Source of the DNA: Oikopleura dioica
Taxonomy: Eukaryota > Animalia > Chordata
Direction: 5' to 3'
Assembly (NCBI GenBank): GCA_907165135.1
Contig: OU015566.1
Location: 6,138,001 to 6,202,000 of the forward strand
Length of the DNA: 64,000 nt
Each line of letters starts with the position of its first letter. The first letter of the stretch is position 1. This document shows positions 11,739 through 22,413 of the stretch, piece by piece. The notes under the pieces were generated by a model that was given only the letters and a program-made list of their open reading frames with translations, was not told where the DNA came from and searched no databases. The translations under genes and the position numbers were made by a program.

Positions 11739-14086
11739 ATGGCTCGGACAGGGCAAACAGCTCGTAAAAGCACGTATGGAAAAGCTCCACGAAAACAGTT
11801 GTCGACGAAACCAGCTCGCAAGACTGTTTCGGGAACAGTTTCTCAAATTGCTCGGGCGGCAGTGACGATGCCTGAATTGAAAGAAGAAGGACAGCTTGAA
11901 TTAGATGATGATCGCAAAAAAGTCGAGTTGGAAAGCGAAAAAGGTACAGTTTTCAGTTATCCAAGCTTTTTGAATTTGTGAATAAGGGATTGAATCCAGC
12001 AAAGAAGAGACGAAAGGGCTCAGCGTTTCTGGCACTGTTGACGATGAAGATGACGAGCTGATTGTAATTGGCGAAGTAATTACCGGCAGTCGTTGCAAGC
12101 AGACAGCCCGAAAAAGCACTGCAGGAGCAGCACCACGAAAAGAACTTGCCACAAAAGCAGCAAGAAAAAGCGCACCACGACCTTCTCAAATTATTGAAGT
12201 TGGTCCTGAAGTTATCGCTGCCATTGCTCCAGAAAGTGAAATCGTCGACAGGCCAGTTGAAATTGATGATGTTTGGGAATGGTTTTCAAAAACGAGAACC
12301 CGAGCGACTGGTGAATCCGGCGAAAAGATTCGCATAGGTATTCTTCATCTTTTTTTGATTCCTCAACAAATTTTCGGCAATTTAGATGAGGAAGATTATA
12401 GAGCGAGGAGGAAGATCGTGCAAGATTATCTCTTGCAGAAACGATTGTTGAAAAAAGCGGCTCGGAAATGTGAACCAGATACAGATAACATGTATGGATA
12501 TATTGAAGACAATGATTCTCAAGGTAAATTTTTCCCAAGATTTCTTGACTAAAAATAACTGAAGCAGTCGAGTTATCTCCTGAAGTTGTCGCTGCCATGG
12601 CTCCTGAAAGCGTTATCGAGGGCCGAACGGTTACAAACGAGGATGTGCGCGATTGGTTTATGAAGTCGGCAACTCGATATTTCGAAATTCGAAGGAAGAA
12701 GGCCAAAGAAATAACGCCAGGTTTGACTTTTGAATATTCGACTCTTCAACCGGCTTTTACTAGATGACAAAGACTTCACAGCACGGAGGGAGGTTGTTCT
12801 GGATTATATAAAAGTGTTGTCCGTAAGAGCAGCGCGGCATAGACGTTTAATGTGCTGTTATCGTCCCGATTTGACAGGAACCGCAACCGCTAGAAAAAGC
12901 GCACCGTGGGAACCGTCGATTCGACCACCGGAAAGTTTGAAGCCAAAGGTTCACAATTTTACAAAGGTATTAAACCTGCCTTTGTTCTAAAATGAACATG
13001 AATTTCTAGAGAAAAATTGTTGTTATTGAAGAAAATAGCCCGAAAAAAATGAAGAAATACGCCGAAACAGTTCGAATGCATTCTCTGATAAAAGAAAAGG
13101 GGTTCAAGATTGAAGACGGTCATTTCATCGCTAGGTCGACTTGCAAGTACCCAGTTGTGAAGATAAAACTTGATTTGATGGATAAAACACTTTTGAAATC
13201 TCTCTTGAAGAAAAATGATTCTGCTGTGGTTTTGGAAGCGGCGAAAAAAAAGTTGAATGAAGAGCAGATCAACGCTGCTCTGAAGAAAAGGAAGAAATCT
13301 ATCTCATCTCCCTGCATTCCAACGACGAACATAGCGAAGGACACAGTGGAGCAGTTGCAAAAATCGCCTTTTTTGACTCCCGCATCTCCAGGAGAAGAAA
13401 AAAACTCTACTGAGCCAGCAACTTTTCGTAAAAATGAACCCCAAACTTCCGAAAACGAAGAGTCTACTGCGATCTCTTCTTCTTCCTTGATTTCGTCGCC
13501 GATCACAACTGATGAAACTGCAGAGAAAGATTCAAATCTTCCAAAGACTAAAGAATCGCAGCAGCAACGAGCTTCTCCTTTAGTTTCTGCATCTGTCTTC
13601 CAGGGAGTTCCAGTTGAACAACAAAGCTCTATAGATCCAGCATCTTTGCCGCAGCACCAACCAGCTTCTCCTTTCATTTCTGCATCCAAAAAGATAAAGG
13701 AGGAGTCAACGATTGAACAACCATCGGCGGTTAAAGACGAACCTGACGAGCAAGAGCCAACATCCCTTCCCGCACTTTCTCCATTTTCCTTTAAACCTCA
13801 AGCTCCCATAAAACAGGAAGCCTACGCAGATCAGCTGTCTCAGGTTAAAAATGAACCTCAAGAACAAGAGCCAACCTCGTTTCCCACAATTTCTTCATCT
13901 TCTTTTACAGCTCAAGCTGCCATAAAAAAGGAAGCCCCCGCAGATCAGTCGTCTCAGATGAAAGTTGAGCCTCAAGAACAAGTTCTTCTGCCTCCAAAAG
14001 AAATACTCATGCCTTCTCGAAAACGTCACATGAAGGAAAACCCATCCGAAGACAATCCGTCAAAGAAACCAAAAACCTTCAACTGA
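11739..14086 (+). CDS. Histone-H3-tail-mimic protein, copy 1 (no histone fold)
   Basis: Starts MARTGQTARKSTYGKAPRKQLSTKPARKT; internal [27 protein letters not shown] at 12097-12177; further AARKCEP and TARKSAP. About 5 short GT-AG introns (first 11944-11986) link the exons in frame to ORF 13049-14086. Confidence 0.85.
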
Positions 14087-14422
14087 CCTATCAGACAATT
14101 AAATTGTCTTCCTCAAAAAGTTCCCCCATTGTAACACTGTCTTTGCACTAAATATTTTTACTGATTGAAACATAAATTATGTAACATAACCATTTTATGC
14201 CTGTCGAAACTTCTTGTACATAGCCGTCCGAAAAAACACCAATGCCTCCATTTTTGCCAGACCTGACTTCAACATTTTCTCGTTTTGCTTCAAACAGTTC
14301 CTGATTGAACTTCACTTATTTTGAAGCCACTTATCTCCGAAACCTTCAGAGTTTTCGCTGCCCAAATCATTTTTGAAGAAAACTCCCACGATAAAAAATT
14401 TTTAAATCTCTTCGTTGAAAGA

Positions 14423-16350
14423 ATGGCTCGGACAAAATGTATAGCTCGCAAAAGCTGTGGGGGACTAGCTCCTCGAAGACAGTTGGCGACGAAAGCAGCT
14501 CGCAAGACTGTTTCGGGAACAGTTTCTCAAATTGCTCGGGCGGCAGTGACCATGCCTGAATTGAAAGAAGAAGGACAGCTTGAATTAGATGATGATGTCA
14601 AAAAAGTCAAGTTGGAAAGCGAAAAAGGTACAGTTTTCAGTTGTCCAAGATTTTTGAATTTGTGAATCAGGGGTCGAATCAAAAAAAGAAGATACGAAAG
14701 GGCCCACCGTTTCCGAAACTTCTTCCAGCGCTGTTGACGTTGAAGATGACGAGCTGATTGTAATCGGCGAAGTTATTACCAGCAGTTGTTGCAAGCAGAC
14801 AGCCCGAAAAATTGAAGATGATGATTCCGAAACTCATCCGGAAAATGCTGAAGGTACATTTTCTCTAATGTTTCTTGAATGAAAACAACTTTCAAGAAAA
14901 AGAATCTGAACGCGAAGATTCAGCTATCCCGCCCTCCACAAGAGCCGCAGTGAAAAGCGCGCCAGCTATCTCTTCTGAAACAGTCGAGGTATCTCCTGAG
15001 GTTGTCGCTGCCATGGCTCCTGAGAGTGTTATCGAGGATCGAATGGCTACTAATGAGGATGTGCGCGATTGGTTTCTGAAGTCTGCAACTCGATATTTTG
15101 AAATTGAAAGGAAGTTGGTTTTAGAACTAACACCAGGTTTGATGATTAAATGTTCAATTCTTCCACAGATTCTTTATTAGATGATAAAGACTTCGTAGCA
15201 AGGAGGGAGATTGTGCTGGATTATATAAAGGAGTTGTCCGTGAGAGCGGCGCGAAATAGACGGCGAATCATTTGTTTTGCTCACCCTTTGACATGGCGTA
15301 TCACTAACAGGAAAATCGAATACTTACCGTCAATTCCACCACCTCCTCGAAGTAGTTTGAAGCCAGGTGTTCACAATTTTACTGAGGTGCTTAGGTGGCC
15401 GCTGTAAAAAGGAACTAACATGCACTTCTAGGGAGACATTGTTGTCGTGGATGAAAATAGCCCGAAGGAGAACGAGAAATATGCTTCAACAAATCGAATG
15501 AAAAGTCTGATTGGCAATAGGGAGTACAAAATTGAAGACGGTCATTTCGTCGCTCGGTCAACTTTCAAATACCCAGTTGTGAAGATAAAACTTGATTCGA
15601 TGGATGAAACACTTTTGAAATTTCTCTTGACGAAAGATGATTCTGCTGTGGTTTTAGATGCGGCGAAAAAAGTTTTGAACGAACAGCAGATCAAGGTTGC
15701 TCTGAAGAAAAGGGAGAAATCTATCTCATCTTCCTGCATTCCAACGACGAACACAGCGAAGGAAACAGTGGAGCAGTCGCAAAAATCGCCTTCTTTGACT
15801 CCCGCATCTCCAGGAGAAGAACAAAACTCTAAAAATCCAGCACATTTGGCTAAAAAGGAACCTCTAACTTCTCAAAAGAAAGTGTCTTCTTCCTTGACTT
15901 CACCGCTGGGGTCAAAAATTGCTGGTAAAAACGAGGCTCAATCTTCTCAAGATCAAGAACCAGCGGTTACTCCCGCAATTAATTCATCTTCCTCGATGTC
16001 TCAAACAGGTTTGGATTCCGTCTTTGCCCTCATTTATATTTTCCAAACTAGGCTGGATGTGTACTGCCGTGAACCAGGATGGAAAACCATGTGGCCGTGT
16101 TTTCCTCGACAAAGCCGACATTACTGTACATGTCGATCTTGGCCACAAAGACAGCAAACCGGAAAATATAGCCAGGGTTATTATCAGAAAAGCTCGGGAA
16201 CAGAAAGAATCATCATCTTCTTTGCTTCCTGCCTTTCCAGAACAAGTACCAACAAATTCTTCCTTTATTCCAGCCACAGAGCGAAAACGATTCTCGATGG
16301 AAAATCCATCGGAAGAAAATTGCCCAAAAAAGCCAAAAACCTCCACATAA
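14423..16350 (+). CDS. Histone-H3-tail-mimic protein, copy 2 (internal deletion; C2H2-like finger at C-terminus)
   Basis: Starts [29 protein letters not shown]; same intron positions as copy 1; lacks the first repeat domain; last exon (after intron 16009-16051) encodes CTAVNQDGKPCGRVFLDKADITVHVDLGH. Confidence 0.8.
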
Positions 16351-16699
16351 TTTAAGCTGTTTGAAATTGTTTTCATTTACAAGCGATGGGCCTACTATTT
16401 TTATTTACTGAAACACTACCATTTTTAGCACTAAAAGATGCCTTAATTTTTTGCCAGACCTGACTTCAAACTTCACTCGTTCCTTATTGACCTGTTCCTC
16501 ATTGAAATTCATTTATTCCAAAAGCTCAAAATTGAGTAAATCTCTCGAATTTTTCTCGTTTTGCTTCAAACAGTTCCTGATTGAACTTCACTTATTCTGA
16601 AGCCACTTATCTCCAAAACCTTCCGAGTTTTCTCTACCAAATCCTTTTTGAAGAAAACTCCCACGATAAAAAATTTTAATTTCTTCGTTTTTAAGAAGA

Positions 16700-19011
16700 A
16701 TGGCTCGGACATCGCAAATAGCTCGCAAAAGCTGCGGTGGACTAGCTCCTCGAAGACAGTTGGCGACGAACGCAGCTCGCAAGACTGTTTCGGGAACAGT
16801 TTCTCAAATTGCTCGGGCGGCAGTGACGATGCCTGAATTGAAAGAAGAAGGACAGCTTGAAATAGTTGATGGTGTCAAAAAAGTCGAGTTGGAAAGCGGT
16901 CAAGGTACAGTTTTCTGTTATCCAAGCTTTTTGAATTTGTGAATAAGGGATTGAATCCAACGAAGAAGAGACGAAAGAGCCTGGTGTTCACGGGACTTCT
17001 TCCAGCGCTGTTGACGATGAAGATGACGAGCTGATTGCAATAGGCGAAGTAATTACCGGCAGTCGTTACAAGCAGACAGCCCGAAAAAGCACTGGAGGAG
17101 CACCACCACGAAAACAACTCGCCATGAAAGTAGCAAGAAAAAGCGCACCATCACCTTCTCAAATTGTTGAAGTTGATCCTGAAGTTATCGCTGCCATTGC
17201 TCCAGAAAGTGAAATCGTCGACAGGCCAGTTGAAATTGATGATATTTTGGAATGGTATAGGAAAATGGGATCCCGAGCCCTCGAGGTTCTACGGAAGAAT
17301 TTTCTTGCACAGACTACTGAATCCGGCGAAAAGCTTAGCCCAGGTATTTATCATCTTCTTTGATTCCTCAACATATTTTCGGCAATTCAGATGAGGAAGA
17401 CTTCAGAGCAAGGAGGAAGATCGTGCAAGATTATCCCTTGGAAAAAGGATTGGTGACAAAAGCAGCACGAAAAAGTGCACCAGCTACAGATCATATTGAA
17501 GACGATGATTCGGAAACTCATCCGGAAAGTGATGAAGGTACATTTTCCGATTATTTCTTGAATAAAAATAACTGAAGCAGGAGAGGTATCCTCTGAAGTT
17601 GTCGCTGCCATGGCCCCTGAAAGTGTTATCGAGGGTCGAACGGTTACAAAAGAGGATGTGCGCGATTGGTTTTTGAAGTCGGCAAGTCGCTATTTTGAAG
17701 TTGAAAGGAAGTTGGTTTTAGAACTAACATCAGGTTTGACGATTAAATGTTCAATTCTTCTAAAGATTTTTTATTAGATGACAAAGACTTCATTGCACGG
17801 AGGGAGATTGTGCTGGAGTATATAAAGGTGCTCTCCGTGAGATCGGCGCGGAGTAGACGTCCAGCATGCCGTTGTCGTCCCGATTTGACAAAACTCGTAA
17901 CCCCTAGAAAAATCGAACCGAAGTGGGAACCGACGATTCGACCACCTCCTGAGGAAAGTTTGAAGAAAGGTGTTCACAATTTTACTGAGGTATTTAACTA
18001 ACCTTCGTATTAAAAGTTAGCATGAAATTCTAGGGAGAAATTGTTGTCGTTGATGAAAATAGCACGGAAGAAATCAAGAAGTACGCCTCAAAAGGTCGAA
18101 TGCAAACTCTGATTAACGAAAACCGAAAAGGTTACAAAATTGAAGACGGTCATTTCATTGCTCGTTCTACTAAAAGATTCCCAATTGTGAAGATAAAACT
18201 GAACTCGATGGATAAAAAACTTATGAAATATCTCTTGGAGAAAGATGATTCTGCTGTGGTTTCGGAAGCGGCGAAAAAACTTTTGAATGAACAGCAGATC
18301 AACTCTGCTCTGAACAAAAGGGAGAATTCTATCTCATATTCCTGCATTCCAGCGACGAACAGAGCGAAGGAAACAGTGGAACAGTCGCAAAAATCGCCTT
18401 CTTTGACTCTCGCATCTCATGGAGAAGCACAAAACTCTACCGAGCCAGTACCTTTTCGAAGAGATGAGCCCCTTGCGAAAACTTGTGAAATCGAAGAGAC
18501 TACTGCGATCTCTTCTTCTCCCTTACCGCCAATCAAATCTGATGAAACTGCAGAGAAAGATTCAAATCTTCCAAACATTGAAGAGTCACAGCAGCAGCAA
18601 CAAGCTTCTCCTTTAGTTTCTGCATCTGCCTTCCAGGCAGCTTCAGTTGAACAACAAAGCTCTATAAATCCAGCATCTTCGCCGCAGCAGCAACCAGCTT
18701 CTCCTTCTATTTCTGCTTCCCAAGAGATAAAGAAGGAGTCAACGATTGAACAACCATCGACGGTTAAAAATGAACCTTACGAGCAAGAGCCGACCTCCCG
18801 TCCCGCACTTTCTCCATCTACCTCTACACCTCAAGCTCCTTTAAAACAGGAAGTTTCCGCTGATCAGCCGTCTCAGGTGAAAATTGAGCCTCAAGAACAA
18901 GTTCCTCTGCCTCCTAAAGAAATACTCATGCCTTCTCGAAAACGTCACATGAAGGAAAAGCCATCCGAAGACAACCCGCCAAAGAAACCAAAACTCTTCA
19001 ACGACAATTAA
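16700..19011 (+). CDS. Histone-H3-tail-mimic protein, copy 3
   Basis: Starts [29 protein letters not shown]; internal [27 protein letters not shown] and [11 protein letters not shown] (17456-17488); exon structure parallels copy 1; ends with ORF 18100-19011. Confidence 0.85.
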
Positions 19012-19338
19012 AATTGTCTTCCTCAAAAAGTTCCCCGATTGAAACATTATCTTTGCACTTATTATTTTTATTGATTGAAACATTACCATTTTATGCCTGT
19101 CGAAACTATTTGTACATAACCTTCCGAAAAAACACCGGTGCCACCATTTTTGCCAGACCTGACTTCAACATTTTCTCGTTTTGCTTCAAATTGTTCCTGA
19201 TTGAACTTCACTTATTCTGAAGCCAATTATCTCCACTTAAAACCTTCCGAGTTTCCTCTACTCAACTCCTCTTTGAAGGAAACTCCCACAATAAAAAGAC
19301 AAATGAAATCTTATCTTATTTCATGTTTTGCCAGTAGA

Positions 19339-19837
19339 ATGTTGTGTGAGTTGAAGAGAGGGAAGATTTGCGTCAATTTGATACGGCGAAGTAGTCTCAA
19401 AACAAGGTACTCTCTCCCTCCTCGGCAACCAAAGTCAGTCAATTATCTTCCTTTCAGCAATCCTATGATCAGAAGCACCCCAGAGCCGACGAAAATCAAG
19501 GCGCATCAAATCGCCACGCTGAACCGCTTCAATCTCCGTCCATATCCTCAAAAGTACCCGGCGCTGATCGTCCGCGGCGATGGAAGTACTTATCGAGTTT
19601 GGAGCACTGAAGAGCCCCAGGAAATTGTCAGATTTCCAATTGATGTTTCCAACATGTCGGAAATGGATAGAACGCGTCTTTTGAGGTTGAAACTTACAGA
19701 AATTTCGCTTTTACAGTCATTTTAGTAAACGATACGGAAAACAAGTTAAAACTCGAGTTGTTCAAAGCATTAATGTCGAAGACGAAGATGATCAAGAAGA
19801 AGAACTTGGCGATTTTTCGGACTATGACCAGCGCTAA
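19339..19837 (+). CDS. mrpl55: Mitochondrial ribosomal protein L55 (mL55/bL31m)-like
   Basis: IATLNRFNLRPYPQKYPALIVRGDGSTYRVWSTEEPQEIVRFPID resembles the MRPL55 core (YPVLLVKQDGST...EP...MPID); basic N-terminal targeting-like peptide; two short introns; acidic C-terminus. Confidence 0.75.
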
Positions 19838-19883
19838 TTTTGACAAATTCGCTGTCTTTATCTTCAATAAATCTCCTTCTTAA

Positions 19884-20620
19884 GGGACCCAGTTAGGTAG
19901 ATTTAGGCGCGGGTTCAGACGCTCCCTTGATGATCTGTTCTCAAGATTTTTTAATTTTTTCTTCTGCAAATCATATCCTTAGACTCTCAGCTTTCATTTG
20001 CTGCTTTCGAAATTTTTATACGGCTAAGAGTTTTGTCGCTAGAGCTGAATGAAGTTTATTAACTTCAAAAGCTATCTAGTCCTACAATTTTGATTTTACC
20101 GAATCAAAATTACTACCAGTAGAAAGCGGAGAAAATTCTCTACAAATCCCACCTAGTGTGCAATTTTCAGGTCAACACTGATTGTAATCAGGAAGCGATT
20201 CTTGGAAGTACTTAGCGCGGGCTCAGTGGGAATCCATCGCAAACAAGCCTTTTGAGCGCACTGTGACACGGTGCGCGCGCTAAATTTGGTTCATTTGAAT
20301 GATTATCAGTTTCTGTACGCCATTTATGACGACAAGATAATTGCACACTAGGTGGGATTTGTAGAGAATTTTCTCCGCTTTCTACTGGTAGTAATTTTGA
20401 TTCGGTAAAATCAAAATTGTAGGACTAGATAGCTTTTGAAGTTAATAAACTTCATTCAGCTCTAGCGACAAAACTCTTAGCCGTATAAAAATTCCAAAGA
20501 CAGCAAATGAAAGCTTAGAGTCTAAAGATATGATTTGCAGAAGAAAAAATTAAAAAATCTTGAGAACAGATCATCAAGGGAGCGTCTGAACCCGCGCCTA
20601 AATCTACCTAACTGGGTCCC
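19884..20620. mobile_element. TTAA-flanked foldback MITE with ~282-bp TIRs (Kolobok/piggyBac-like target)
   Basis: ttaa|gggacccagttagg...cctaactgggtccc|ttaa; arms 19884-20165 and 20339-20620 are near-perfect reverse complements; ~173-bp spacer. Confidence 0.92.
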
Positions 20621-20780
20621 TTAACATTGCCGAAAGCGATGCTATTGAAATTTAATTAAACAATCAACAATCAGCTTTGATTGGAGAACTTTTCGCTTCT
20701 TTTTATCTTTCCAGCTTAGATTCTTTTAATTGCAGTTGAAAAATGCAGGTTTCTGAGGTTTATTTTTTGAAGAAAGAACA

Positions 20781-21764
20781 ATGAACTCGAGACAGGACGA
20801 TAACGACCCGTATCCTTATCAAATCGACGAGAAAGCGAGGGATGAGAAAATGTGGAAGCTGGTCATTCCAGCTCGGAAGCGGCTGGAAGGGATGAAGACC
20901 CAGAAGTCAGCGCTTTTGGAGAAACACGATGATCTCAAAGACGGTGAGATTACTTTTCATCCCGTTTTTTAAATCGATTTTCTCAGCCTGCATTTTGAAG
21001 TATTACAAAAGCTACCGAGTCGCAGCGGAGAGGGAAAAATGTCCTTACAAAGAAAAATATGCAAATATAGAAGATGAAAATCTGCAGTTGTCCGAGAAGT
21101 TCTTGGACAGCAAGAATGTAACTTGGTCGGCGATGAATAAGGAGTTGATAACTGTGAGAATCAATGATTTTCATTTTGCGCCGAAAGTCAGAAAACTCCA
21201 GCCGATTAGGTCAGAGAGGCATATTGCCGTCTTGCACGGGCTTCATGCTCAAACTAACGCAGGTGAGCCCCTTATCTTTAGGGTCGAGTTGTGACTGTAA
21301 TCTTTGCAGACATTCAGTCGGTCTTCGAAAGCTCCGATCAAACTGGCACGCTGAATCAGATCCTTTTCGAGCGAATGCGAATTCACCGCGTCTTCGATTC
21401 CGTCAAAACCAAAGAAAACTCAAAACCTGCTAGGATGAGAAGGGTTCGCTTTCCTGATGCGCAAACAGAAACCTTCGAACAGCACAACACGCGAAAGAGG
21501 GACTACACGGACATGAGAGCCAATCACACCCTAAAAAATTACCACCTTCATTTCAAGGTTCATTTCAACAAATTTTAAATTTCAATTTTCAATTGGCTTT
21601 TTAGGAAATAAGCGAAATCTTCTCCGCAGAAAGAGGCCAAAAACGCGACTTCTCCAAGTTCAAATATCCCGGCAAACCGTCGAGCCATTCTGAGACGACT
21701 TTCTTCAATTCGAAAAAGGAGCTTCTCGATGGATTCAGAGGAGGAAGAGGAATTCCGGACATGA
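20781..21764 (+). CDS. Multi-exon hypothetical protein containing an RVxF motif
   Basis: ORFs 20781-20972, 20929-21294 and 21291-21578 join through short GT-AG introns; RMRRVRFPD; final exon ends SMDSEEEEEFRT*. Confidence 0.6.
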
Positions 21765-22413
21765 AATTTGGTCGCTTTTCTGGAAAGGACTCTATTTTAA
21801 AATTTCGCTCGAGCTAGGGCGGCCTAAATCTTCAGATGATGTTGCCTGAGGAACTGTTGGTTTCTGATTGGCTGATTGCCCCCCTAAAAGTACCTCAAAA
21901 TGCCCAGGACCTCTAAGTATTCGCCCACCCTAGCAGCTTGTGGAAACCTTCTTAAAATAGCAAAAAAGATTTGACTTCAAAAAGTCAGGATTCAGTCGCC
22001 AGGGATCGCCAAATCCTTTCCGATTTATTGAGAGACGCTGGAGCCAAGAACTCAAATTTCCAACTCTCAGCCGCTGATCGACAAGCTGTGAACGAGCGAA
22101 AGGAACGGTTTCTTTCCAAGCCAGAATTGAAGCTCTTGAGAAAATTCGGGAAATGAAACCCTTGAAAAAGCAATGGGAAAATAGCCAACGACTCAAACGT
22201 GAGAAAGAACACCGAAACAACCATCAATGGTGACATCTGTAAATTGTTAAAATACTGCCTTTCAATATCTCTTTTCTCATTTTAAGATGAGATTCTTCAC
22301 CTCATAAAAGACATGTTCTTTTCCATCCAATTTTCTGCCTTTCACAAATGTGTATTTGAAATTTCATTTTCAATTTTCAGTTTCAGAAAAATCGAGATCG
22401 AAAATCTTCCTTG

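Noticed and set aside
11739-11981. Canonical histone H3 or CenH3 genes
   Set aside because: Only the tail matches; no histone-fold sequence (e.g. LLIRKLPFQRLVREIA) was found in any frame downstream in any of the three copies.
13120-13689. 189-aa minus-strand ORF (and similar ones at 15542, 15984, 18150)
   Set aside because: Antisense shadows of the H3-mimic last exons.
21971-22236. Short ORFs upstream of the glycosyltransferase
   Set aside because: TTG start and no consistent splice path found; cannot support a gene call.
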